A stretch of DNA of 63,975 nucleotides, filler included, from Trypethelium eluteriae (taxonomy: Eukaryota), in assembly GCA_051942245.1 (NCBI GenBank). It is 4 parts of 4 records of this genome, joined end to end, with 100 filler letters (N's around TTAATTAATTAA, not from the genome) between each part and the next. Parts side by side here need not be neighbours in the genome. Positions count along the whole stretch, not along the records: positions 1 to 16,999 come from JAVECL010000602.1; positions 17,100 to 34,088 come from JAVECL010000603.1; 2 more parts are not named here. The stretch is one strand, 5' to 3'. Shown piece by piece: positions 11,137 through 24,899 of the stretch. Below the pieces are notes generated by a model. It made no database searches and was not told the origin of the DNA. It saw nothing but the letters and a program-made list of their open reading frames with translations. The number at the start of each line of letters is the position of its first letter. Position 1 is the first letter of the stretch. Both the position numbers and the translations under genes were made by a program.

Positions 11137-14100
11137 CTTCAAGGCCAGGCCCAAACAATGGTTCTTGTTAAATCGGATACTTGCAGTCGCTTATTGAAGC
11201 CTGCCGACAACATTGAAGTCAGTAAAGTAAGGCATGCTCTTCAACAAAGGCTCCCTTACCAATATTCAAAAAGTTCGCCAAGACGGCAGGCCCAAAAGCG
11301 GTTGGAATGTAATTGACTGTCGTCGCCATACGTCATATATGTCATGCAGCATGCAATGCATTGGGATCTTTGGCGCAACCTCGCTCACTGTTCTGCACTT
11401 GGATTAGATCGGCGATGTTGCCCGGCTTTGGTTACCAGCTGAGGTAGTATTGTAAACTCTAAAAGCCAGTCAATATGCATATCGCTTGTTTTCTACTTTT
11501 GACGTTGTAGCGGTCCAGTCAATCCTTGTACCGTATGGAGGATTGAGATTTGCTTATTAGCTATCCCTAGCTCTACTGTTTTCAGGGCTGCAAGCTGCTT
11601 CAATATCAAGCTGATCAATTTTGGGGAGATGTCTTGAAATGGGAGTCGAATGTCCCTTCCGAACTGTGTCTGCATCTAAACAGTACCGCAGTAAGCATGC
11701 CTGCTGACTATGATCAGTGCAATTTGTAGAGGGGTGGGTTTGGGGTACTGCTGCCTGCAGATCGAATAGTATGCCTTGAGGTAGAATGACGTGGACGTAA
11801 ATGATGGGCCGCCATTGCCACCTCCGCCGCATACTCTTACGCACAGATCTATTTTCTTCTGGGAACACCGCCTGCTCCTACAGCTGAATACACTGGGACT
11901 CGCTCTTTGGCTTATATAACCCTACGCATCTGGGCAAGCAGCCACGTAAGCAAGTGGCCCGCCTAATTCTTGAGGGTGACATCCCCGCAACTGCAAGAAC
12001 ACACTATCATTTAGATCTACAGCGGTCGACAACCTTGGTTGGAAGCTTTCGAGCAGACTGATACCATGACCATCACTAAAGCATATTCGACACGATATCT
12101 CATTGAAGACCGAGTATATGAGGTCTTACAGAAGAAGTTTCCCGACCAATGGAAAGCCAAGGTCAATACTTTCCCCTCGGACAATTTTGAATGACCTTAT
12201 ACTGACCATCAAAATATTGCAGGCGCAAATGGGTCGCTGGGTTATCACCACACCTGAAGAACTGACGAGGGTCTGTATAAACTCGTCGTCGGCATGCGTG
12301 CGAACTTGTGCAGTGCTGACCAGCTCATGCTTATCTACAGGAAGATCTTGACGAAATGTCGATTGTAATCAAAGGAGACGACGAAGGTAACTTGCCGAGC
12401 CAGGCAAACCCGACGAAATGATGGCTGTGTCAAGATACGGCCTGCATCTCTGCGCTGAAACGAATATGGATCAAAGGCGGGGCTTGGCGAATCAGTTGGC
12501 CGCAGCTGAGAATTGAGGGTGTGTATCAAGAATTTCCCCTCCACTTCTCAAAGCGGCTCGAAGTCGTACATTTGGTGTCTGGGATATTCATGTAAAGGTT
12601 CAATTTGATGATCTACGTGTCGTATGCACGATGCAAGCGTGTTGGCTCTATAGCGTAGGTCCGTCGCCTGCGTCAGTGGAAATAGTATCTAAAATTCTTC
12701 GAAACATCTTCTCTGGTGAGAAAGCGGATTGAGTAAGCGTCTCTGTAGTGCTATCAATGGGATATGCTCGATTACTGTAAGGTACCTAGATAGGCGTGGC
12801 AGATTCCAGATCGCTCGTAGACAGCATAGACTGACTTGTTGGAAAAGGAGTTGTATTATCCCTTTTGCGTGCTACCAAAAACTTATTGACATGTCTCACT
12901 CCGTGAATTTTCAGATAGTACATCGTTGCCTGATCTATTATTAATGAACAGCCATTACATATTGCTATCCAGAGCGCATGAATATACCTTGCGATATCGC
13001 AAGCTTATCGCCATGAGAGAGTTCTGTTCTGAGCCGACTAAGCATTCTTTCCTCGACAAAAGAATTGTGCTTGATTGAAACAGTTTTAATGCGGTTAGAG
13101 AAGTTGATGATGTTCAGCATCAGTCTGGGTCAAAAGGACTCGATTGAACCTCTCTGGATAGCCTGAGGTGGAGGCTCTATATAAACTTGATCGAGATGAG
13201 GGCGAAGGTGAACTACTAATTAGCTAGTAAATGAGGATCTACATAGTAGATTCGATAAACTCGCGCATGGACCCTCGCGTAGGGTCTAGCAAGATTATGC
13301 GGGAGGCTAGGTTGATTGGATGAACCTTATGAAGAACATCATGAACACCATCAGGAATTGATGAATATTTGACGAAAAAATAATGGGACGATAAGGCTGG
13401 AAGAGATGTGAGTATGAAAGCGAGGAAAAGAATTTTCAGTCGGACTAACTTTTGTCCAGATCTGGATAACTTATAATCGGATGACGGAACACCAATAGAA
13501 TGTACTCCGTAAGCTTAGGCCAATTCGCACCACTCCGTAGACCGGGTGTACCGGAGATTTCGACTCGACAGTATCTTTAGGATCTGTTGATAACGGCTAT
13601 GCAGGTGCGGAGCAACCTAGCCAGGCGAACCGATCAAAAGTACCACCTTATGCGCTTCTATTCACCTTCTCAGAATGTCTCGTAGTATAAATAAACTAAC
13701 GACGAAATGCCAAGTAATGCATATTGCCCAAGTTAGAGCTTCACTAGATGTGTACCGTTACCTCCTTCGAAGCTGCGCCAAGGCGACCACATTCCTCCAA
13801 GTCATGAGCAAAGGGTGACCGACCATAGCAAACAAAGTCAAGATCTATTCATGCAACCGACCTGGTTAAGATTGGACCTTAACACAACGATTAGAATTTA
13901 CTGGGCAAATCTGAGTATACTGATGAGCTACCAGCAATTGTGATAGATCAGATGAGGTCTATAGGGGTACGTAGTTCCCGATGGATCGATGTTTACCAGA
14001 CTATCTGCTCAATATGAGAGGAACTGATGCCTACCCATTCCATAATTTACCTTTAATTCGAGAATCAGCATGTAATTTCATTCTTAACGAGGAAAAGAGC

Positions 14101-14173
14101 ATAGCTCGGAAAAATCAACGGAACACTTCTCAAGAATGTCCCCACAGCAATACGCTCCAATCTAACGCTTCTA

Positions 14174-15719
14174 TCAAAAGCCGGACGAATAAAAGTAACT
14201 CCAACCCAAGATGAGACCCATAGCCCAAAAATACGTTCCGCTATGATGGCCCACTCTCGCCCCATCATTGTGCTTATGCGTCGCTGATGCAGAAGCAGCA
14301 GAGGCAGACGAGGCAGACGAGGCAGATGCCGCCGATGACGCCGAGCTACTGGCCGCAACGACCTTCGTCGCATCCGCCAGCTTGCTCGAGTCCTTATCCC
14401 ACAGCAAACACGCCGTCGGTAGCGTCGTCACTGCACTAACGAGCGTGGACTGTTGGTCATCATCCAAAGACCCGATCCCCGCCTCCGCTATCAAGCCTAA
14501 GTCAATTTCGGCCGATGGAATGACGTTGGTCGCGTTGCCCATGTCTGAGCTCAGCGCGGGCCCATGATTCGTAGCGTTCATGGGTTGGCAGTTTGCGTCG
14601 ACGCTGGTTACGCTCTCGACCTCGACGGAGAGTTTCGGGATGTCAATGTAGGCACCGGCGTCGGCTTTGATGATGTTGTCGAGGACATTGATGCCGAAGG
14701 TGATCTTGGGTTCGAGCGCCATGCTAATGGTAAGATTTGGGGTGGAAAAATTGGCCTGGAAGGGGATTGCATCGAAGCGAAGGCCGGTGGAGCTAGAGCT
14801 GGAAATGCGTAAGTTAACCCCTCTCTGTAGAGCGTCCTTGTTATCTGCGACGTATACGTCTCAGTACTTACAAGCCTTGTTGAGAAGAGTTCGTCGGATC
14901 AATGACATCAATATTGATGTAAGACCCGTCCGGGACCTAAACCAGCAATGAGTCGATGTGAAGGAGGATTAGTTCGATCCAAACTCACACGGAAATCCAG
15001 ACCGAAAACCATGTCCATCTCTTCTTCAATCTCTATTTCGAACGAAGCAGCAAGCTCCACTAGTACGCCCACGTTGACGACATCTGTTATCTATTCAAGG
15101 TAAGCTCTCAGCTCAGGTCACTACGTTATATCAAGATCATGCAGAGGTGTCCTATGTATCGAGCTGATGATGCAAGCGAGAGGTAATAGAGACTTACTCC
15201 GAAGCCAAGTACGGACTGTGTGAAGAACGTATAACTCCATGTTTTTGAGAGTGCCCCAGAAGTGATGTCGAGCTCAAAGGTTCCTCCAAATCCAGTAGCG
15301 TTTATGAGCAGAATCCCGCCTGCAAGCGGCCATGTCGGATTGCTAAGGCTGTCGTCAATCTTGAAACTATCAGTGCCGAAGTTGAAGTCCCCGAAGATCG
15401 AACAATTTTTGCAGCTGAAGCTAAGGCTGCCATCGTCCATAGTGAGGTTACCAAGAGGCTGGTTTACAAATGAGTGCTTGAGGTCAAGTGAAGAGCTCGG
15501 TGCTGTTGGTGTCCCCTTCGGGACAATACTGCTCGCGGACGAAGGCAGAGCAGTCGTTGAAGAGGGTGTTGCAGAGAGAACGGTTGTGTCATCTTGACGC
15601 GCAATGATCAACGGTATCGTCAATGCTTGGTCCTTTTGAGAGAAAGAAGCGCCAAACTCGGCGAAACAGGAGATAGCGAAAAGAATCTGAAGCAGCGACA
15701 TCCTTAGGGAGCTATACAT
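14174..15719 (-). CDS. Secreted, probably GPI-anchored cell-surface protein, multi-exon
   Basis: N-terminal hydrophobic signal (MSLLQILFAISCFAEFGASF), beta-rich Cys-containing core (CKNC; LPTACLLWD), Ser/Ala linker and a C-terminal NDGA + hydrophobic tail. Confidence 0.75.
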
Positions 15720-16446
15720 CTTGAAGACTAGGAAAGTATGTAGCAACAGTTTAAGCGAAAGACTTGGTAGTAAGATTGCAACTATACTATAGACAGCGAA
15801 AGAAATGAGAGAAACAATCCTCTTAAATATACATTTCCTTGAGTGCGGCGCAGCGCATCTCTGGTCGGATACTTGCAGTTCGAGCCTTGTGGTGGTTTCT
15901 CAATTTTCGCGCCCGAATTCTTTACGCCCATGTTGTGCACGAATTCGACGGCAACTCGTATGGCGAGTCCTGAGGGTCTTTGACGGACGCTTGCAGATTA
16001 CTGCTTCACGTTAGCGCCCAACGAATTACACCAAGTATTGCAGAGTGGTTTGCGCAGTGGGTTAAAAGATCGAAGGACATGGTAGCACAGCTGAGATGTG
16101 AAACCACCAACAATGGACGCCCAATCCTACCAACAACAGACGCCCAATTGCCTCGAAAGAACATCTAGCGACGAGAAAGCTGAAGCGTTTAGCCAGAAGA
16201 GAAGCACAATCAGAAGCGGCGACAAGAAATTTGAGGCAATGCCTAGGAATAGGGCAAGAAGGACTCTATTTCGGCTACGACTTGGCCCAGAACGCGGCAG
16301 AGACCTAGTAAATACGCAGCTCACACAACTCGAGGTATGAGCTGGCATTCAGTTTTCAGTTAGCGTTGAGTTGCGCAGCATCAAAAGTGATGGCCTTGGG
16401 ATGCGGCCCAGATGGAAGCCTAAGGTAGTCATGGGTTTCACTTTGC

Positions 16447-16999
16447 CAGACTGGGCAACGATAGGCGCGATACGTATCGTACGATAAGCCCTATCGTACG
16501 ATAAATTACCGCGATATCGCCGATATCGTCAGCGCCGACACAATTATCATAATAAAATAAAATTCCTCCCCTTAATAAGCTATTGTATGAGATAATTTAC
16601 TCTAAATTATATAATTAATCTTTTAAAATATTTAATCTCTTTTAATCCTTTAAAAGTTCTTGAAGTTTAATAGTATCTGGATTAAATTATGCTTTATCCT
16701 AAGAAATTATATAACGCGCACCAGAAAATACCTATTCTGGTTTATTACTTATTGCAGGAATTAAGAGAATATTAAGAGCAAATAAAAAAAGGTGTAATTA
16801 TTATTTTTATTAAATATTTTTAGCCCATTATTTAATTAGTAATAAAGGAATTTTATATAAAACTATTTCTGCGCAGTATTAATTAAATTAATTTTAACTC
16901 TGCAATTGCTGGTTATTATAATGCTCTTAAAAAATCTGTTTAAAGGGAGTAAGGTTTTACTTTTATATAAAAATTAATAGCTTTCCCTAAGTATTATAT
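16447..16999. mobile_element. End of a DNA transposon (hAT-like terminus?) with RIP-degraded AT-rich body
   Basis: Begins CAGACTGGGC, then repeated palindromes TATCGTACGATA and CGATATCG, then an abrupt switch to very AT-rich, TpA-rich sequence up to the contig end. Confidence 0.55.
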
Positions 17000-17099
17000 N
17001 NNNNNNNNNNNNNNNNNNNNNNNNNNNNNNNNNNNNNNNNNNNTTAATTAATTAANNNNNNNNNNNNNNNNNNNNNNNNNNNNNNNNNNNNNNNNNNNN
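17000..17099. other. Artificial contig-joining spacer
   Basis: 44 N + TTAATTAATTAA (stops in all six frames) + 44 N. Confidence 0.97.
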
Positions 17100-17816
17100 C
17101 TCCACAACTCGCCCAAACCCGCAGTAGCAGCAGCATCCCCATCTCATCCCACCGACGCCTCCCACTCCGAGCTGGCCCTCATCTTCGCAGCAATGCGCAA
17201 ACTGCGCGAATCCCTCGTCGCAACCAGCCGCACCGACGCCTTCGCCCGCAAAGCCTACATCTTCCTAATCCACGCCGCCATCCTCGCGCGCGCCTGGCAA
17301 GCCTACCACCCCGCGCTGCTCTACCTCCTCACGCGCATCCACGCCTCCTCCACCTCCTCCTCATCCACGTCGACTTCGTCGCCTGGCGCCGTTGCAGCTG
17401 CTGCTACAGGCGGCGCGCTCAGCGGGCCCGAGCTGCGCGAGTTCGCGAGCTACCGCGTGCTCGATCTCGCGTGTCGGGAGGGAGACTTGGGCGCTGCGTT
17501 TGAGGCGCGGGCGAGGTGGGGGGTTGTGGATCGGAGGGTGGAAGGCGTGTTGAGGGCGCTCGTGAGGGGCGATTGGCATGCGTTTTGGAGGCTGAGGAGG
17601 GCGGTGGATGGGTATCAGCGGAAGGTGATGGATTGGGCAGAGGAAGGGGTGCGGTTGCATGCGATGAAGTGTGTGGGTATGGCGTATAATCAGGCGGAGA
17701 GGCGGTTTGTGGAGCGGTGCGCTGAGGCGGCGTGGGAGGAGTTGAAGAGGAGGGGGTGTGGGTGGGAATGTGAGGGGGAGTGGATAATGATTAGGAAGAG
17801 GAAGACGAAGAGCTAA
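17100..17816 (+). CDS. PCI/CSN8-PSMD8-EIF3K-like domain protein, 5'-truncated by the contig end
   Basis: Coding-like ORF from the contig start: MRKLRESLVA...YHPALLYLL...ALVRGDWHAFWRLRRAVDGYQRKVMDWAEEGVRLHAMKCVGMAY...GWECEGEWIMIRKRK. Confidence 0.65.
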   Translation, partial: LHNSPKPAVAAASPSHPTDASHSELALIFAAMRKLRESLVATSRTDAFARKAYIFLIHAAILARAWQAYHPALLYLLTRIHASSTSSSSTSTSSPGAVAAAATGGALSGPELREFASYRVLDLACREGDLGAAFEARARWGVVDRRVEGVLRALVRGDWHAFWRLRRAVDGYQRKVMDWAEEGVRLHAMKCVGMAYNQAERRFVERCAEAAWEELKRRGCGWECEGEWIMIRKRKTKS

Positions 17817-18272
17817 CGCGAGATTGGGATGGTATGGTTAGTCAGACCCGGACCAACCGATTTGTAAAGACAGGACCGAGGAGACCCGGAAGATCTTGCA
17901 GAATTGCAATTGGGTCATAACCCAGGTCAAAATGCGGATGACGAGCGTTTAAAAGGTTTCAATTTTTGGCTCAATATCTGGAAAAAATCACCAGGTCACC
18001 GAAATCTCAATCCAGTAGATAAGCCTTCCATAGACAACTCAGAGGTTCAGTCTCAAGAAAAGAAACCCAGCACTGATTACGAGATCCCACTGGAATGCAA
18101 CAAACGCCGCAGTATGGGGAACTATTGTGAACCTAAGGCCGTCAGACACCAGTTCTCAAGACTCATAGACAATCCCGCTCGTCGGTATTTTTCCAACTCA
18201 TGTAAGAACCAAACCCATTGTTCGCAATAAGGGTATCCATCGATCCAATTAAGCAAGTAACACCCAAGTATC

Positions 18273-20130
18273 TCAAAAATCCCTCTCCCTCTCCTTCACC
18301 CTCGACACCGACCGACTTCTCTCCCTCACGCTACCCCTCGGATTTCCCCTAGACGGCGCCCTCGACCCCGGCCGCTCGCCCTCAATCCTACTAACCCTCT
18401 TAGTCCTCCTGCGCTTCTCCGATCCATCCCCCGCCGGCGCCCTGACCGGCGGCGGATCCGTCACAAAGTCATACGTCCGGGCATCATAACTCAGCAACTC
18501 GCGCTCAAGATCCCAGAGGGGGCTCTCCGGCAGGATCTCCGTACTAACACGTCCATCCTCCTCGCGCAGCTTACGACTGCTTAGCTTCCAGTAGACGCCG
18601 GGAGCCTTGCTGCCCGGCTGCGTCGACGGCTCGACGACGAGTCGCCAGTCCTCAAGCGCCTTGCACTCGTAGGGTCCGACGTCATCGGTGCCCGGTCCGT
18701 TGAGCAGCAGGCGGGAGCGCACGGAGGGATGGATGTACTCGTGGGTGTCGCGCAGGGGCTCGTCGGTCTTGCGACCCGAGTGCGGGTCGACGAAGCGGTA
18801 GCGGCCGGGGGTGCGGGTGGTGGCGCCGCCGACGGCGTAGGCGCCCTTCATCGAGTCGTAGATCTTGCCGAAGGACCAGGGACGCTTGCGCTCGCGCTTC
18901 TTGTCGTAGTATTCGAGGTTCGACTCGTGCTGGTCGAAGATGTATTCTGTGTCGAAGTCGAGGAAGGGCGAGAGCTGCGCGATCATCCAGGCCAGCGTGA
19001 TGTTGGCGAGCTCTTGGTCGTCGTAGCCGCCGCCGACGTTGGAGTGTACGCCGGGGAACCAGACTTGGCGGAGGGTCTGGAGGGGAGGTTAGTATGTTGG
19101 GAGGGTGTCCGAGAAGCGATGGATTGACGAACAGTCGTGTTGCCTTCTGGCTTTTCCCAAACCGCGGGCTGGAAGGCTGAACGCCGTTCATCAAGGGCGA
19201 GTGCTTGGAAGGCATTTTCGATGCAATCACTGATTGTTGTATCGTGGAAGGCCTGTCGTTTTGCTTGAGATGATTGCACGCCAGCTTTTTGCAGCCAGCC
19301 TATTCGAGGCGTACCCAGGGAGCCTGTGAATGTTTGATTAGAGGACCGCCGAGCATCGCTCGTAATCATCCATACCGACAGTCTCGAATACCCCAACAGC
19401 CTTTACCTTCACGCCCAGATTTGTGAGATGGAGCTTCGTTATCATCAGTTTCATTGTTTTGCTGCACTTGCTGAGGCCTCTAAAGAATACTTACGTTCGC
19501 AAGCTCCTCCGTATACTCGGGATCCGCCGCATTTGGTTTATCAGGAAATGGAATGTCCGGATGCTTCGGCCTGTAATTTGCATCATATTTATGTGTTACA
19601 TCTTTATAGATCTCCGCCAAATATTGCAATCCCTCCTTGGTTAGCACACCCACTTCTCCAATCAAGCCTCCTATCGATCGGGCAGTGAATGCGCCTCGAC
19701 TGAACCCGAGGAGGAAAATTTCGTCACCGGGAGCGTAGTTATTGCATATAAACTCATAGCCTTCTCGTACATTCTCACTTAAGCCTTGGCCTGTGGCACC
19801 CCCGACGACGCGATCCACAACGCCGCCTTGAGAGCCCACGCCGAAGTGGTAATACACGACTTGTGGTATGCCATCGCTACTTGTCGTCTTGATAGCTCTT
19901 GTGAGTCGAGTGATATTACTAGGAATATTCAATTCGCCATTTAAGTGACCATTATCCGCGTCGAGCCAGGTACCATCAGCTGCAATAATGATTCGCTTCG
20001 AGGGAAATGACGTCGGCTTGCTGCGAATCGAAAGCTGCGAGGACGCCGGAGGAGGATTGCGGGAGCGAGCAGTATTGGCTATACGGTGGGACCGATGAGA
20101 TCTGGTAGAGAGGACACTGCGTTCCGCCAT
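18273..20130 (-). CDS. DUF2235 / Tle1-like alpha-beta hydrolase, 4 exons
   Basis: KRIIIAADGTW, SNITRL, YHFGVGS, GFSRGAFTARS nucleophile elbow, QALALDERRSAFQPAVW and QVWFPGVHSNVGGG motifs. Confidence 0.9.
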
Positions 20131-21785
20131 AGGTGAGTCGCGTAAATGTGCAGTGTGCTCTTCGGCGGACTGCCTATCGAGAGGTGAGCGAGCTCGACGA
20201 ATCGTTTACAAAGATAACCCAGGATGCCCCCAACGAATGCCAATGGAGAAAGAAGAGGAGACAAGCAATGAGTGCAAATGTGAAAGGAAAGAAAGGAGAT
20301 GGGGCGCAGATCGTCCTCAGAACCAGGCTGGCTGGAGGACTTTGAGCCTGAGGTGGGATGTCAGGAGTGAGGACGAGTCCACGAGATACATCGCGGGAGT
20401 GAACCCAAAAGCTGACCTATTGGCCCACAGAGTGAATGCATTGGCTACATATTGGGCATTAACGAGGTCCAAAGCTTTTTTCTATCTCGATATAGGAAAT
20501 TCCCACGTGCACCAATATTATGACGTCTTCTGAGCCGTTAGGTGCTGGGGTATCAAGCGCGCTATCACATGACTCGAATTATTCATCCCTCGGTAGCTTT
20601 TAGATGGTGTTTCAAAAGTAAAGAGCTCCTACGGTGCCATTTGTAAGATGATACAGAAGCTGAGAAGTATATGAGAGGCCGAATTATGCTCAGGAGGGTC
20701 GCTTGATGGCTATTTTAATCAATTTGCTCAGGATTGATGCTGAAACAGCGCTTCAATTTCAGAATTATCAGGGTCGTCAGGCTCTATCCGTGGTCGCGAA
20801 GACAAAAGGGACAGCCTAAAGACAGCCACGTGGGTAATGCTGCTTGCATTCAGTGCTCGATTTGCTTTGGGATGTAGTATCATCGGTGTTAGCTTGCGTT
20901 TTCAGCACGTGCTTGTGGATTATTGCATAGCATTCATTGTACTTAGATGAAAACCTTTGGGATAGGCTCAAGACCGAAATTTGCTTAATCGGATGGTGCA
21001 GATGCATGTCAGATCTGCTTTCAGTAGGCTGCATACCACGAGACATGTTATAAAATTCTGGTCAGAAGGAAGCATGGACACACTCTCAAAGAAGATTCGT
21101 AACGGCCAAGATAGGGTTTGACGTGAATTGTGCAGAACAAGGAGAGATCCCAACTGATCTTCAATCTTGTCAAGTGCTCTTAATCTATGCAGTTGTGTCA
21201 TAAAGCTGGGGCAAGAGTATATCATTCTGAATTCAGGCCCTGTTTGAAAGGGAAGTAGGCCGTTAACGAAGTGTTGTGGCTATTTTACATTGCTTATCTT
21301 CAAACTTCTCAGGAAGGCGGCTAGATACTCACCAGCCTGTCCCCAGCTGCAGAGCCTTCAGAAGATTGTAAGCAAAATTCTACACCAATATATCCAATAC
21401 CCCGTAAGGGGTATAGCTGCTCCAGACAATCGTTCGCGTTGATGTCAGACTGGCGTCTGCATGCTTGACAAAAGGAACCACGAGAGTATTGGCTCTACTC
21501 AAAGTATTGATCAGCTACTTCTTCTACTTCCACTTCCATTGACAGGTAGTAAGAGAAGACAAGACCAAGTCTCGAAAGCTGAAGAGCGCGCCTTACTTTC
21601 TGTGTGTGCACACCTAGCAGGTGCTACTCTCCCACAGCACCGAGGCTCTTGTGGCATCATGAATATAGAGACAGGAATGAAACAAGGTTGATCAACCGCG
21701 AGGACACCCGAAAATGCGATCGTGCGCCCTGTGTTCCCAATTGTTGATCTCATCCGAATAATCGTTGTAAGTGCAATTCCCATAG

Positions 21786-23690
21786 TCACAATTCTTCATC
21801 GTCATCGTTGCTAGTCGGCTCTTTGCGCGGCTGCGGTGGGGGCTTGCTCGCTTGGTGCCCATTGGCCTTTTCAGCAGCTTCAATGCGAGAGAGAACGTCG
21901 CCAATGCCGCCAATGTTCCGGTGTGGTTCTTCCTCGGTGCCGGGAAGACTAGGACGCTGTCGCTTATATGGACTTCCTACGGGGTTTTCAGAAGAGATCT
22001 CTGCAGCGGAAAGCGACGCAGCCCTAGTTCCATCAGGTAGCCCCCAGCTTGCGTCTAATTGCGGCGTTGGGCTCACGGGGTTGCCAGGCGTCTCACTATC
22101 ATGAGTTGGTGGTGTATGGGATGGAGTAGAGGATTGCTGCTGATCAGGCTCGGCAGAATGAGCACGTTTAAGCTGTAGAGATGTCAAAAGGTTTGTTGAG
22201 CATGGTTGAATATCAATTCTCACCTTGATCTGCCTGACGCCTTCAGCAAGTTTCTCTTGTTTCGCGGCGTCTTCGGGTGAGAGGAGCCCTTTATCTTCCT
22301 CTTTGATGTTAATCTCTTCTGCTGCTTCTCGCTTGACGTCAAGGTCATCATCTTCATTATCACTATCCATCTCATCATCGTCTATTTTAAACTTACCATT
22401 CTTCTTTGAAGAAGAATCGCGGTATCCCGCGAAGCCCACTGTGCCGAACGTGTGCAACGGACCAAGTGTCGAAAAGTCTTTCGGTATCGACTTACGCTGT
22501 GCGATGGAAGCTGGAGTCTTGTTCTCTTCTTTAGCTGGGGATAGAATACCCATCTTACGAAGTTGTTCTGTTGATTGTTAATGATAGACATTGCTGTGAA
22601 TGTGCACAATGCACTTACTTTCGCCTCTGTACAAGAAAGTGAAGACTGCATACGGTTTGTCGACAGGGTCCATACCAGTGACTGTTTGAGTACTGATCGA
22701 TTTGGGATCCAGTGTCTTTGGCTTTGCAAAGCCTGTCGTGTGATCGGCGTCAGCATCCGCCTCGCCACTTTTGTTCTGGTCTGCTGCGGCATCATCGTCA
22801 TCGTGAGCATCAAACTGAGGCGAATATTCGCCGCGTTTGATCTCTCCCGATGCGAGGACCCGGAAAAGGGCGATCTTGATTTGACCAGCAGCTTCCGGCA
22901 TTGGAGGCTCATCATCTGAGTCAGAATCTGAAGATAACATGTCGGTGCCGTCTGTTGATAGCGTTTGGACTGGTGACTGCTTGTCGCTGCCGTATACTAA
23001 AACCCCATTCCGATCGATTCCACTTGGCTTGACATCTCTAAGATCCTCGTCTCCATTTAGTTGAGCTTGGAGCTTCCGACGTCTCTTTTCCAACCGGTCT
23101 CGCCTCCTTGCCAACCGCTCCGCTACCTCCTTACCTTGACCTTGAAGGTCGAGTCCGTTGAGCCAACGCTCTAGACCCACTTCACGGAATAGGAATTCCC
23201 TCTCTGCAAGCCCTCCACCTTCCTCCTCAGGCACGCTGACCCAACGTGAGTTGACCCAGGTCTCCTCCCCGCGCCTCAGCAGTGTTGCTACTTCCTCCTT
23301 CGTGCGGCCGTCAAAGTAGATGTAAGCTGCTATCGTCTCGTTGACAGAGGATGTGATAGGGACGTAAGGGCCAATGACACCGCCATACTTTCCACGCTCG
23401 TTCAGAGAGCCCGGTAGACCGCCAACGACTTTCGATCTTGGATATGGATCCTCTTCCGTCGGTTTTGGGGTCGAGTATGGCACGCTAAGACCTGGGGTTA
23501 AAAGCGTGATGGAGATTGCGAAGGTGGATTGTTCCGGTATATTTGAGGTGGAGTTTTCGGGAATCTTGGCAGGTGGGACGGGAATGTAAGCATTGATTCG
23601 TCCAGCCCTTGACTGCTTCTGAATCGAATGTTCGGGCAATGGTCCATCTGGCGTGTGTATGCTCACGGCCAAGCCCTTGAAGCACGGCAT
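21786..23690 (-). CDS. Conserved fungal hypothetical protein
   Basis: Long ORFs 22578..23690 and 21786..22553 joined by an intron at ~22569-22619 (YRGEK-QLRKMGIL), plus an in-frame intron at ~22173-22223. Confidence 0.8.
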
Positions 23691-24714
23691 GGTGAGGAGC
23701 TATTTGGGTGAAGTAGAGGAGAGAGGCCAGACGATTTCTCAAATTATAAGAAATGAGAAGGATGTGGTGGACCAAGTCACAGGGAGCGTGTGCGTGTTCC
23801 ACACAAACATCGAGTGACCACTGCGCTAGGCCATAGGAAAAGACAGTGCCGCAGTTGGACAATGGTTCGGGCAGGGCGGATCCTAGAGCTCCTGTAGCTT
23901 GCAGCCGTGGGAACAAAGCACCGGAAGCGACAAAGTTTGAGGCAGAGAGAGGGAAGCAGAGAGAGGTGAAGAGAGAATAGGGCGGAGGCAACAAATAATT
24001 GCGGAGTGCAGCGGTGTTGAGGTAACAGTCGCGGCCATTAAGAACCCCGACCCGATCAGGCTAGCGTCAAACCTGGGTAACAAGGCTGTCGATCTGCTGC
24101 CGCCTCTTCTTCTCGCGCATGCGACCGCTGGCGACCTCCATGTGGTGGGCACTGGTGAACTGAAGAACTATCTACGATAGTCAGACTCCCTATATCAAGA
24201 TTCTAGACTTCTACTGCAATTTCTACGGCTTCCTCGACTTCCTATATTGTATCAAACTGCTGTCTTCATAGCATTTCCCTTTTTTGGCTTATCAAAACCC
24301 CTCTCTTCCCCACGTCCAGAGTTGACACAGGTACCTAGTAGGTTATCCCAACTCTTCCCCTGCATACCTTACCTGTAGGTGTCCACTAGGTACCTACCTA
24401 ACCTACAACCATACACGTGACAGATCATCTACAGCATGCACTCCTATCCTCAGTCTCAGCTCCTCGAATACGTCTCGCGACGCTTTTCGTGAGACCGTCA
24501 GCAGGGTCTTCTTTCCCTGGACTTCATCGCTGGAGCCAGCGTCCTACTAAGCATAAGGGACCTATCAGTATCATGTCTTCTGCGATTCGGGCATCATCTA
24601 TTACCATGTCGTATCATATCATTGTCACAGTGGGCGATAGCTCAATACCCATGACAGGGACTTGTTATAAGTATTCCATAAAAATGCTCACTTATTTGTG
24701 ATGAGGAACATACA

Positions 24715-24899
24715 TACCTTACCGCGGAGGGGGGGTTCCTCAATTGGTGATTAATACAATGTTACCTCAGATCCACTGTTATGACCATGTTGGCCCATGT
24801 TGAGGCGGCGTTAAAATAGGCCACCAAGGCCACAACAGTAAAGTTGAAATGACATTGTATTAATTACCAGTTGAGGAAGCCCCCCTCCGCGGTAAGGTA
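24715..24899. mobile_element. 185-bp MITE (TA-flanked, Tc1/mariner-type), copy 1
   Basis: ~48-bp TIRs, TACCTTACCGCGGAGGGGGG...CCCCCCTCCGCGGTAAGGTA. A same-length copy lies at 61881-62065. Confidence 0.85.

Noticed and set aside
17044..17055. TTAATTAATTAA palindrome as a biological motif
   Set aside because: Assembly linker providing stops in all six frames.
18273..20130. DUF2235/Tle1-like gene as a bacterial T6SS effector acquired by transfer
   Set aside because: The family is widespread in fungi, and this copy has normal spliceosomal introns.
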